A stretch of DNA of 64,000 bases, taken from the NCBI GenBank assembly GCA_038496445.1, contig JALMLS010000523.1, forward strand, positions 49,110 through 113,109, written 5' to 3'. The stretch's first letter is position 1. Each line of letters begins with the position of its first letter. A program made the position numbers and the translations under genes. The stretch is from Trichosphaerium sp. ATCC 40318. Taxonomy: Eukaryota; Protista; Tubulinea. The notes under the pieces are model-generated. The model searched no databases. It saw nothing but the letters and a program-made list of their open reading frames with translations, and was not told the origin of the DNA. Below are positions 14,060 through 26,357 of the stretch, in pieces.

Positions 14060-16634
14060 AAAAGGAGGTGCAATTCCCGAATTGCTTTGTAAGAAAACCA
14101 AAAACAGGTATCACATGCCTTAGCTTCCAAAACAGTCTCGAGGCTAAATAGTCCTTATAAACAACATACTATCCGCTCGTTCTTGATGTTGCAACACCGT
14201 TGAACACGTGTTCGCTTGTCAAGCCATGAAAAATGCGAGTAAGCTTGTGAGTTATTTTTTTTTAATTTACAATCTACCATTCGACTGTTCAGTTTGCTTT
14301 TTTTTTTTGATGTAAGGATTACATAGGAATCTACCCTTCCCTTCGTCTCTCTACAGTTTTGTTGTTATGGATGACAAATAGAAGACTCTTAAGTTCTGTT
14401 TAAACATAAGGACTGTCGGCATCAATACCAGGCTCTTCATTTTTATTTGCCATTGCCAATGCTTGTTCATTTCCATTCTTCTTAGCAAGTTCTTGCTCTT
14501 CATTTACATTGTAATCTCCAGTTGAGCTTTCTTCATCTCCAGTAGAGCTTGCTTGTTCGGAAGTACAGCTTATTACTTCTTCTGAAGGCGTTTCCGTATG
14601 TACTGATGATTCGCTCACAGCTCGTGTGATCTTTTTCAATGGCTCATCTGCAGGCGCAGGGCTTGGTTTAGGTTTTTTTGCCTTTGAAAAGCCTTTGTAA
14701 ATATCAGACCTAGAGAGCTCGTCCCAGGCATTATATGCGATACGACCCATTGTTGCACCATCATAAAACGATAGAACTACATCAGTAATAATGTGTATTA
14801 TGATAACAGGAATACCTAAAGGAGAAAGTACAATGAGTAACAGCAACGATAAGTATAGTCTTTTTTTTATGAAATGACAATAAAATATTGAAGAAAGAAG
14901 TACACGTACAGGCAGCAAGAAATCCAATAAAACCAGAAAACGCTACGGTGACGTAGTATATACCAAACACCATCATAATGATAATAAAAGAATGGGCGGC
15001 AAGAGCGATGTAAACATGTGCCGGTCTAATAAATACAGCGATAAAAAGATAACACATCCAAACAACAAATGGTCCAGCAAGCAATCCATAGGCAATCCAC
15101 CCTAAGTTTGGTCTATGGTAATGAACACCTCTTTCGAAACAGGTCCAGGAGTCACAGGAGCTTCCTGAGTTTCCAGAAGCACAAGAACATGTGGCAATCT
15201 CAAATTCTTCGTATGAATCAATATTACCTTCCCATTTGCTACAATAACCACCTGGTGCTACTTCAAGGCATACATAATTCTCGTCCTCTGGTTCACTGTC
15301 TTTACCAAGCCCAGTCTCTAGACAATACCTTCACAAACGTCAAAATAATATCAAACATTGAGATAAATCAAAGAAAACACTATTTGTGGCTCGGAAATTG
15401 AGTTTTTGACGAGGAAAGCAGTCTAAAAGGCGCCACATATTTTTACAGTTGTGGTGAGGTTGTCTCAAAGCCAAAATGGAAAATAGGGAAACAAACGCGC
15501 ACCATTCAATGCAAACACTAGTAGTTGCAGTAACATTTTGCGTTTTTCTACATTCACAAAGAGCGAACTCTCTTTCAATCCTTGGTAAGCAAGTCGTATC
15601 ACATGTGTACTCACCACAAGATAAAGAACAGCACTCTGCTCTTATTGTTTCACCGTCTGAGACAAGATTAGTAAGCACAAAAATAAACTATTTAAGGGCA
15701 CGTGACGCCCCTCAAAAACGCACTGATCAATGTTGTCGTCCCAGTTGCCTCTTCGCCCCGTTTACAGTTTGTAACCTCTTGTTGATCTACTCTCCATTTC
15801 TCGCAGTACCCTCTAGAGTTGAAACTTGTACAGTTGCCCAGACCTACTTCGAGTTCGTCTGGTGAGATCTCTCTTGCGTTCCATTGAATACAAGCAGAGC
15901 CAATATTTCTCAAACATGTGTATTGCTCGTTTTCATCGTCATAACCAAATGGAAGAAGTGGAGCGCCACCATTGTAGTAAGGAAACCCACTGCAAGTATG
16001 TCCGGCACGTTTCATCGCGTCTGATTTAGTACATGACTCAAAAGTTTGGCAAAGCGTTTTGTCGTGGCATTCAACCCCTGCGTGTACTTTCTGGGCGCAA
16101 AGGAGGGTAAACACAATTGCTATTGCAAGTACGCAAAAATTACAGCGTCCTAGTAATAAATAAGCCCACGCATATTATGATCTCTCAAGAGCTTAGCAAA
16201 CCCAAGCAGAAAGATAAAAAATATAACACCGAAAACTCCCTACAAATGGACGGTTGCTTTTATTGTATGGTTTAATTCATCTACGTACTGTTTGTATTAT
16301 GCATTGCCACTTGTGTCTGAGCGTAAGTAAAATCACATAAAATCACAACAGAAAAGCATGGAGCAATTTGAAAAACAATGGAATTTTACGGAAAGCCGGT
16401 TTTACCAAATTTGTTCTTAACCATCTTATAGTATATATAAGATTACGTGTTTAATTACTTTTATGAATTTTCGACTCATTTTGGGTCACCCGAAACGACT
16501 TTTTTCGTACATTAGACGTACCGGAACAACCTACAATTAGCAATTGACATTTTTACCAGCTGTTATACTCAAAATGGCGTATGCCTCAGTATGTAGTTAA
16601 CTTAAAGTTTCGGATAACTGTCGGGTTGCGATGG
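14036..16634. repeat. Inverted segmental duplication, left copy (~2.6 kb)
   Basis: Reverse complement closely matches ~45357-48026 through coding, intron and flanking DNA; boundaries read by eye. Confidence 0.9.
14400..16150 (-). CDS. Cys-rich ectodomain, 3-TM orphan membrane protein with acidic tail (copy 1); start codon unresolved
   Basis: Hydrophobic leader ..VFTLLCAQKVHA, Cys/Trp-rich exons, three hydrophobic segments, Glu/Ser tail ending DSPYV; ORFs 15692-16114, 15340-15678, 14782-15084 and 14400-14927 join by GT-AG introns. Confidence 0.75.
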
Positions 16635-16963
16635 AAACTGTTCACAGAAAATGTAAATAAATTGTGTTTACCCGACTTTGATTATTAGCACGATTATATG
16701 AACGTGTAGTTGCTGTGGTATAAATTCAAGCTCGGTTACTTTGCAGATATAGTTCTAAGAACATAACGTCCATGTGAAAGTTCTACCGAAAACTATCCAG
16801 AAAACAACGAAATTTAGTTTGTTTTAACCTGGTACACATCACCGTGCCGTACGATACCTGCAACGTTGCGTATACACATACTTATTTACGTAGTAACGTG
16901 AATGTACCTAAAGTTGTCGCCTAAGTTTGTACGAGCGACTTGTTTAAAAATAACTTTTTTTAT

Positions 16964-19014
16964 TTATGATTTTGTAATAGATTTCTTAGAGTTTAAACTT
17001 TTTTCAGAACCATTCCTTCGTAGAACTTTAGCTTGTTTCTTTTCTATCTTTCTATCCTTTTCTGATTTTTTTTCTTTATCAGTCTTTTTATCTGACTTAT
17101 CCTTTATACTTTTGTCATGTTTCTTGTCTGACTTATCTGACTTCTTATCTGACTTATCCTGTTTTTTCTCTTTTTCCTGTTTCCTCTCCTGTTTCTCAAG
17201 TTTTCTCTTTTCCTTCAGGCTCTTACTCTCTTTAACTTGTTTAGAAAGTTCTTCCACAGTATCAGTTAGCCTTTTATATCCTTCAGTTAACTCATGTACT
17301 TTTCCTTTTAGTGTAGAGTTCTCGTTAACTAATAGACCAAGAGCTGATTGATATGTTTTGTTGATTTGTTGAAGAGACTTAATCTGGTTTTGCATCTCAT
17401 CTAGTTCGCTTTGTATCTTAGAGTTTATACCTCCTTCTGGCAATAAAACAGCTATAGGTGTATTATTTCTTTTCACATGTGCAGGAGGGTCCATTGCGAC
17501 TGAGATAAGAGTGTATGTATCATTATCGAAGATATAAATTTTTCCTTTTGAAAAAGCTATTGCTCCAGGGTTACTGAACCTATCATTTAGCGAAAGAGCT
17601 TCTACTTTTCTTGGAGCGAGACTAAGCTATTAATGTACATATAAGAGTGTTTATAATGATATTTTAAGGTGAGTAAAAGAGGTACCTTGTAGAGAAAATG
17701 TCTACCAGCAACAACACAATAAATCGCTCTGTCTTCCTTATCGTAGCATATCCTTATAGACTCAAGGCTATCATGAAATCGATAAAGCGTCTTTGCATTA
17801 TTTTCTAGCGCTAGTGTTAATCGAAAAATCTTTTTAAAGAAGATAAAGATTAACAAGATTAAAACGAAAAGTCACGGTCACTAAGATGCTTATTTTCGCT
17901 GTATTAAGGTGTTTTTGGTTGTATCGTACGCGAAATATTAATCATGATAACACGTGACTCAAAAGGAAGCCCGCTTTTTTTAGAAGCAGTGACAGCGTAT
18001 ATATCACCGTCTAGGTGAATAATATCATCTGTATCCCACCCTTCAACATTAAAAACACGCTCGCAGTTCCGCCTTGCCGGATCAACCTGATATATACCAT
18101 CTTCACAGCAAACCTAAACAAACCATAAAAAACTCACTTTAAAGATTTTTTGTTTGTGAATGCGTTGTAGCGTTTATCACGTGACGCATCGTATTTTAAG
18201 ACTTTTTTTACATTGTATCGATAGTTACCTGGATTTCGCCTTTAGCATTTGTTGTAACACCGCTAGGGTCTGTGAGAGAAGAGCATATAGTTTCAATAGA
18301 GTTATCCTCCCTTGCTATGCAAACGTTCCCAAGACGGAAATCTGTGAAGATAATACGAGGTTTGTCAGCGTATTTATCATAGTGTACTTGCCATGGCCGC
18401 TATTTAATAGATTTAGAATACGATTTGGTAAAAAAAATGATCACGTGGCCAAAAAACGTTTCAAAAAGGTGAAGCTAGCTTTCTTGTGCGCTGGAATAGG
18501 CGTTGAGATGTTTTAACAAATTTGTATTCGACGTTTCGTACAAAAGCGTAAATCCCAGCTGTCCCCGCAATTGTTTTAACATGCAACTCTGTAGGATTTA
18601 CTCTACGTATGACATAGTTTTCAGTGTCGCTAAGAATAACCTAATAGCGTCATACAAATGATAATTAACAATCCTTTTCTGAAAAAAAAAAAATGAAAGA
18701 AAATACTGCCAAAACGTTAAATGGAAAGTTGGACTTCATACAAAGTTTACATCTTTGTCACGTGATTTTTTATATTGAAAATAGTAAAGAGACGGGTGTA
18801 AATTAAATAAAAAGATATTTTCGGTTTTCTCCCTTTGGGTAAATGCCCGTACGTCTCCGTTATTATCTACTGTCATTCCACGACATAAATCAAGCTTTGC
18901 TGTTCTACATTGACCATCTTGGTATCCTTGGCCATTTCCTCCAGCTAGAATGACAGGTTTAGACTTTATATTCAAAGGAGCAATCTCAGGTTTGCTTTCA
19001 GACACAGAAGACAT
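16964..19014 (-). CDS. NHL-repeat beta-propeller protein with C-terminal coiled coil and Lys/Asp-rich tail
   Basis: LAGGNGQGYQDG...GMTVDNNGD/VILSDTENYVIRRV...VKTIAGTAG (NHL-type); last exon is coiled coil plus DKSDKK repeats. Confidence 0.7.
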
Positions 19015-19576
19015 AGTACAGCTAGTTTTTCGTAACTTTAAAAGAAATATTCTGACCTAGTGTTTCCGCTAAGATACGCCTTCTATCTCCCACCAACACA
19101 ACATTGGCAGCCGCAAAATACTACAAAAGGACAATTTATATGCACGTGCTTAAATATGAGTCGATACCATTAACCTGTTATTAAAACAAGCGCACAACAC
19201 GGGTGTTTCCTAAAAGATTATATTTTCAACTAAACTTACTCTAGGAAGTAATAATAGATGATAGTACAGATAAAACGTAAATACGGCGCCTCAGCTTTTC
19301 GCTGAGTATTCGTCATTACTACGCTGCTAGGTAAAGTTTAGTACACTGGATACAGATTGATTTTGAAAAAGTCGATTACTAGTTGCAGCTCCGTCGTATC
19401 AATCAATCAACAGCCTACACTTTATCAGTCAAGTCTAGTCAGGGTTATTTACGTATTGTATCATTTGATTGGCACCTCGTATGGCAGCAAAGAGGACTGT
19501 ATGTAACAACCTTGAGATAACGTATTCTCATTATACCTAGCGCTTATCATCAACTCAAACTGAGGAACTATCACTC

Positions 19577-19996
19577 ATGAAACTTCCTTTTGAAATACAA
19601 CAATCTATGATTGAAATGTCAACCAATGCTTATCGTGATTGGCCTCTACTTTGCCGTCAATCAGCAATGTCAACTCGTTTTACAGTAGACATGAATAAAA
19701 AGGGGACTTGGGTGAAGTACAATCAAGAGAAAAGACCAAAAGAAGTCGAATTTAAAAAAACTCAACTTGATGAATGGAAAGATGGAATACGAGATGGTAC
19801 ATGTGTTAGATGGCATGAAAATGGTGTAAAGATACTCGAATGCACATATAAGAACGGTGAGATTGACGGGAAGTACGAGCAGTTTTATAAAAACGGAAAA
19901 AGATTTGTTCTTCGACATTTCAAAGATGGGACTGAAACAGGATTGTACAAGATGTGGGACCCAGAAGGTAGACTCAAGATTAAACGATACTATTAA
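19577..19996 (+). CDS. F-box-like + MORN-variant repeat protein (paralog of 1406-1895), intronless
   Basis: MKLPFEIQQSM..WPLLCRQ..TRF..D..K.G.W; repeats DGTCVRWHENG, DGKYEQFYKNG, TGLYKMWDPEG. Confidence 0.75.
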   Translation: MKLPFEIQQSMIEMSTNAYRDWPLLCRQSAMSTRFTVDMNKKGTWVKYNQEKRPKEVEFKKTQLDEWKDGIRDGTCVRWHENGVKILECTYKNGEIDGKYEQFYKNGKRFVLRHFKDGTETGLYKMWDPEGRLKIKRYY

Positions 19997-20233
19997 AGCT
20001 AGTTACTCATAAGCGTAAATCATCGAAATAAGTATTTTTAAACGAACATCTCTTTGTTTAAGTTTCATGCAATTTTCTTGGTTTTTTCGGCCTTTGAAAT
20101 GGTGCTAATAAATGTAAACTTTGGTCATCTACCAGACTACATATCTATTGATGTATGGTACTACGAGAAGGCTTTAAATCTCAGCGTAATGCGAATTTCC
20201 GCGACTTTTGTGTTTTTTGTCGAAAGCTCGTTA

Positions 20234-21502
20234 ATGGATCTTTCTCGAGTAGAAAAGACAAATCCGGGAAGGGTTGACGGCTCAGCTCAGTTGTACGCGT
20301 TTTTCAATATTCAAAGCAATTTAAAAGTTTAGTTTGTTGCCTTTAGAGAACTCATAGGTCTCCCTAACGAAATATTGGGAGTTGTTCTATGGTTTTTAGA
20401 CAACTCAAGGTTTCAAGCTGCTCAAACATGTTGGTTATTTGCATCTATCATCCACAACTTCTTGGGGTATACTTCCATCAAAGTGGAGTCTGTTAACGAG
20501 TGCTCGTTGTTATCCGAATTCCCAGGTGTTCTAAACAATACAAAAATCGCAGTTAAAAACGCAACCAGAACAATGGTATCAAAACTGATTGGCCTCAAAC
20601 GTTTGATTTTTGCTGAGCCTGTTGTTGACCTCCTCTCATCAGATATAATATCTCTCGCTGGTGTACATAGCATAAATCTATCAGGGTTGAGTGACATAGT
20701 GAATGATCAAGTTGTACAGGCTCTCAGTGGTGTACATACAATCAATGTAAGCAATTGTAACAATGTTACTGATCTATCTATGAAGTCACTTTCTGGTGTG
20801 CACTCTATTGACTTGTCTCGAACATCAGTCACAGATGAGGGTTTGAAGTGGTTGAAGGGTGTTCACACTATCGTATTGAACCGCGTGCAGGTGACTGACG
20901 TTGGATTAAAGTATCTCAAAGGTGTCAAAAGAGCCACTATTGATACGATACGTATTTCGAATGAAGGTATAAAAGCTCTTGTTGGGATAGAATCTTTAGC
21001 GCTGCTTCACGTCATACCTTTAGCGCATGAGAGCATTGCATATTTAACTGGTATCCATAGCATTTTATTACTTGGTTTATCTATGGATGATAAAGTGCTC
21101 AAAGTATTATCTGGTATACACACTATTACTATCTTTCAAACGACTGCTACTGATGAAGGAATCAAATCACTTTCAACAAGTCATTGTGTGACTCTTGGTC
21201 GCTGTAAAAAGATTCCTGATAATGGTATAAAGTATCTACGTAATGTTGAATCAATAACACTGGGGTGTATGCCTCAAATAACAGATGAAAGTATAGAATG
21301 TCTTGTTAATGTCAAACATCTATATCTTTTTAGAATGCTTGGTATTTCATCAAAAAGTGTCTTGAAGCTCACGCTCTTGAATACTCATATTCATATTTTC
21401 GATTGTCCTGATTTGCCATGTCCTGGAAAACATATTAGTTATATGGATCATAAAAGTTCGATGAAAAGACTTACTACTACAAATATTGATCTCCTTTACT
21501 AA
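20234..21502 (+). CDS. F-box + leucine-rich repeat protein (GVHTINL-type 21-22 aa LRRs)
   Basis: Exon 1 from ATG 20234, intron 20293-20346 restores LELIGLPNEILGVVLWFL (F-box); repeats such as L.GVH.I.LS.T.VTDEGLK. Confidence 0.8.
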
Positions 21503-22047
21503 TGAAAAAAAGTGAAAATACATACTGATATTTCTTGTCATTCTGTCCACATACATAATTATTTAATTTGCTGTACCTAATACCGTAAGTACTTCAATTG
21601 CTTCCATGAGATAATCTGATATAAGACGTCCAAAAGTAGAACGATGACATAGTATTGCTTAACTGCTAAAACTGTTTTGTCATATTTTGAAGATAAAATA
21701 GTTGAGATTCGTTGAATGCGCCAATGAACGGTTTTACAATAATATCTTGGACACGATAACCCACAGTTGACCAGGTTAATATGCTGACAATAGGATATCG
21801 CTTATACAAGGTATAATCATTGTCACAAGATAACACTTTAGTGACAGATTTTTCAAGACAACTTTGTACTGTCTAATCTTTAAGCTCAGGAACATTGGAA
21901 TACGACCTGTTGGTTAGCCAACAACTTGATTAATGATATCAGCCAAATCGGTTGTCGAAATCAGCAACAGAGCAACAGAAATCTAACCGAAAAGAGCGGC
22001 TTAGTGAAGCAAATTAAGACACTGAAACAATATTGAAGACATCCATA

Positions 22048-23823
22048 ATGGCGTCCGAACCTAGCTACCTACCGAGCTCATCTGATAAGCCTGTATCGAA
22101 GATGCAGTATAATTACCTCGGTAATAGCGGTATTAAAGTATCTGAGTTATGTTTGGGTAAGCTAGTAACGTTTGCAAGGATTGTTTGGTCTTAACAGTGT
22201 TAATGAGTAATAGGTGCTCTTACTTTTGGAAAAGTTGATAAAAACCTGGGATGGCTTCCAACTGTATCAACGGAGGATAGCTTTGCGCTTATGGATAAGT
22301 TTGTTGAAGCTGGTGGTAACTTTATAGATACAGCAAATATGTATGGCCTTGGGGAGAGCGAACGAGTAGGCACGTGGACGGAGGTTGAAGGCTCCACCTT
22401 TTGTTTTTTCTTTTTGGATAAAAAAATAGACTTGAAATTCTGATGTGTTTTTCTCCTTTGTTTATTACTCCTTTTCACTATTGACGCACGTGATAGTCGG
22501 TAAATGGATGAAAGAAAGGAATAATCGCGATAAAATCATACTTGCTACTAAACGTGAGTGCGAATCAGTAGAACGGATTTAGACCTCTTTTAATGCTAGT
22601 TCCTACAATTCTGAATTTTCAATTAGTTTTTTTCCCTCTTGCGACTGACGTTGGTCCTAATAATGCTGGTTATAATCGAAGATACGTCAGGAAATGTGTA
22701 GAAAGCTCTCTTGAGAGACTTCAAACTTCCTACATTGATTTAATACAAGCACGTGATAATTCACATTACCAGATCCAAAAGTTTTTTAATGGCTCAATAG
22801 GTTCATGCTTACGACCCTGGCACTCCTATCCGTGAACTTATGAGGACTTTAAACGATCTTGTACGCGAAGGAAAGATCAGCTACATTGGAGTATCAAACT
22901 GGCCTGCATGGGCAATTCAGCAAGCTCAATGCATTGCCAGATACGAAAACATGACAAGTATGTTCGCAACATTTCGTTTCAACCCAACTATCACCTCAAA
23001 ACCACTAACACTCCAAAGCGTTGGTTTCTTTGCAGTCTCAATATAACCTATTATCGAGAGTTCCAGAGTGGGAATTATTTCCTGTTTGTAAGGTAAACAA
23101 TCACTCAAGTTGGTTTTGTGTAATGCATTTAGGCGAACAACATTGCGTATTTGCCTTGGTCTCCATTGAAAGGTGGATGGCTTAGTGGTAAGTTTGACCG
23201 CAACAGTGAAAAACCAGAAGAAGGTAGAGTAGCTTGGGCCGAAAGCCACGCATGGCAGGAGACAGCGTGGACAGTACTTGCAAAAGAAAGGTAAGAACAA
23301 AGAAAATTTATTTGAAATTATACTTTCTTGTGGGTAGACAAAGTTTGGTGATTCTTTTGTTGTCCGTGACCTTTAAGTTCTATGATCATAGTTTTCAATA
23401 TTTTAGTAGCGCTCTAAGTCACAATTGACTTCGAAAATCGTGAACTTCAATTATTTTTCGAGTTTCTGAGAAAAATCAACGATAAAACCTTCTGGCCTAA
23501 TGTCACGTGTGCTGATAAATATTTTTAGCACCTGGAAAGTAATAGATGCAATGAAAGAGATATCTAAAGAATTAGAACGTCCTGTAGTGCAAATAGCACT
23601 AAGATGGTTAATGCAACGTCCTGGTGTCACTTCAACTATTATTGGAGCAAGAAAAATGAGTCACTTGATTGATAACTTGGGTACAGTTGAGTTTTCGTTG
23701 TCTGAAGATCAAATGAAGAAATTGAATGAAGCTTCAAGTGTTGATATACCTTATCCTTATAACCTTGTACCCGGTTTCGCTACTCAAGTAGGAAGGTCAA
23801 GGAACACAAGAACAGATTTTTAA
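22048..23823 (+). CDS. Aldo/keto reductase
   Basis: [78 protein letters not shown]; two GC-AG introns. Confidence 0.92.
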
Positions 23824-24191
23824 AGAAGTAAACCGAGAACATTAGTTGAGAAAGTGTTCGAGAATAAAGTTTAAACAGCTGTTTATTAGAAAAATAAACG
23901 AGATTTATCGCTCAGTTTTGTTCATTCATGACACTCTCTACCTCTTGAACGTATTTATCTTCCATCATCAAAAGGCATGACCTTCATGATCTTCTATACG
24001 GAAGCACTTTAAACTATATTTCACTCATACCCAAAGTCCTACTTTATTTACAAATACAAATCGTTTTCTTTTGATGATACATACTTTTTCCTTGCATCAA
24101 AGAAGACCTCTCGACTCTCACCACCTCGTTGGGGATGTACAAGTTCGTTTAGAATTTCTTTAATAACAAAGGTAATCATTGTGATGAAGGA

Positions 24192-26169
24192 CTAGCTTGG
24201 TCTTGAAACAAGCTGCATCCTTCCCATCTTGTTATACAAAGAAAAGCAAAAGATATAATCATCTGCAGGCTTTAACTTTGCTGTATAAAACTCGTTACCA
24301 TTGAAATCCCATGTTACAGTAAAGTTCTCTATATTGACCTTAATACCAACTTCATTACCCATTGTACATCTTGGAATGGTCTTCTCAACTAAAACAAAAC
24401 GAAATAAGAAAAACTCCAAAAAAATTCTACATAAACAATCAAAAAAAAAAAAAGTCTTGAGAAGTTTGTTTCTCCACTCCACGCCACACTTACTGTCTTT
24501 CCCTACATTTCTAGTTTTATTTTGCTTAGTATCTGTCCATACACATCCATTATCCTCATAAACATAAGAGTCTTTCAAGTCCCTGTTAAGCGTCAACAAA
24601 AGACGTGTATTGAAAAGAAAACAAAAGTTCATTCAGGTAGATTTTCATTTCTAGAAGAAGTACCTCAAACAAGCGTTGTAATTTGTCAATGTTGCTTTTC
24701 TAATAACACCAAAGTAGTAGCATCCTCTTACTCTATTTTCAGCAAGTTTAACTCGAACATACGGCTTTCCTAAAACTAAAATCAGAAAATTCTTTCTTTT
24801 GACCCGTTTGAATGATTTTTGCGCTCAGAACGAATATAGAACTCCTCTCTACATATTTTCCTTGTAAAGACACTGTTCCTGGGAGTACGTACCTTTGATG
24901 ATTCCTGCGAGAGTGGCAATAGCGTGACCTTCAGAGTTTTTCTTTATTGTGTTGGACTCCTTTACGAGTATAACAGAATCTGCCTTTGCATTTGGATTCC
25001 ACATGTACGGGCCAACTGCGCGCGAAACTGAGTAAGATTCCAAACAGTGAAAGAAAATTCAAACGATTTAATTTTCGGTTAAGTGATTGACATAGACACA
25101 AAGGTAGTAATGATGAAGGTTTTTGTTCACTTCAGAAGTAAAAGATTAAAATATATAATTTGTACATTTTGAAATGAGGTCAAGCGTTGGGTCTAGCTGG
25201 TTGATCAATCCTGTTAGTGTATAGTATTTAGCTTCTATTAGAACACGTTCTCTCGTTTCTGGGTCATGAGGCATGACCTATTAAGATAACTTAGTAAGCA
25301 TATACAGAAGAGACAAAGCTGAAGATCACAAGCAAGAAAAAAAAAAGACAAGAAAAAGAAACTAACGAAAAAATTCTCGTACAGCCTCTGGACCATCTCG
25401 TAGGTAGTTTAATATATAAGCAAAGTGTGTTCCATCCCTTTAAACGCATTTAAAACTTCAAACAACAAAGGAAACTTCCAAAAAATCAAAAATAATAAAA
25501 ATGTGGCAGCAAACTACTAAAAAAAGAATTTAAGCTTATTTACCTGTCAATGAAGATACTCCCATCTAAAAAGGTATTAAAAAGTATCCTTGTATTAAGA
25601 TAAAGGTCATACCTCGTTGTGGTACTATTGTGTGCCTCCCTGAAAACATGGCGTAGAGCATAGAAGTTTCGCGCTATTTCTAGGGTCAGTGTAATTCCGT
25701 ATAACGTTTATATATTGTTTTAAGCCGTTTAGCCGGTTTTAATAAAAAGAAAACGTAGTTGTTGCTTAATTTAATTATCAGTACCGTTAAAGTATCCACT
25801 GTAGTATGGTAAACGGTGCCACCAACGTCTAAGGTTACAGGAATCAGACTTTTTAATGTAATTTTGACTTCATTACAAAATGCAATTGTAACGTTCTGCC
25901 TTCGCGGTTTTGTAATGCCAGGAACTCGTGGGTCGTACCTAGTACTATAACTTTTGTTAAATTATTTTCCATTGGATTTGCCATAGTATCTACAGTCACT
26001 GCGTCATTGTTATTGGGCTTAGAATCACGAATGTCTTCTTTAAGCTCGTGGACTAGCTGTTCCAAAGAAGCAACGCGATCCCGTAATGCCCTATTTTCAT
26101 ACTCAAGACCTGATCCAATATTTAGGAGTAACGTTAAAGGCTTTTAGTACTTGTGTTATTGTTTTCCAT
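24192..26169 (-). CDS. Coiled-coil + KCTD-type BTB/POZ + SPRY-like C-terminal domain protein
   Basis: VTLDVGGTVYHTTVDTLT, FYAMFSG-like exon, IFIDRDGTHFAYILNYLRDG, LIEAKYYTL; C-terminal WNPNAK...GNEVGIKVNIENFTVTWDFNG. Confidence 0.8.
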
Positions 26170-26357
26170 GCGCACGCAATCTTTTATGATAAATGACCTA
26201 GCCTGAGGCTGGGCAACGCGCCCGTGAATGTTATGTAAATGTAAGTAACTAAGTTAAATTGCCAAGCAAAAGCTTTGTGGAACATTTTTGCTCAAAAGAA
26301 AAAAGGTTACTTTGTGTATGCCATGAGCTAGTCCTTTATTATTATTATTGTAAGACC

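Noticed and set aside
23910-24190. Small spliced ORF downstream of the BTB gene (MITFVIKEILNELVHP...)
   Set aside because: Intron-like signals are present, but no splice combination gave a clean frame or a recognisable domain
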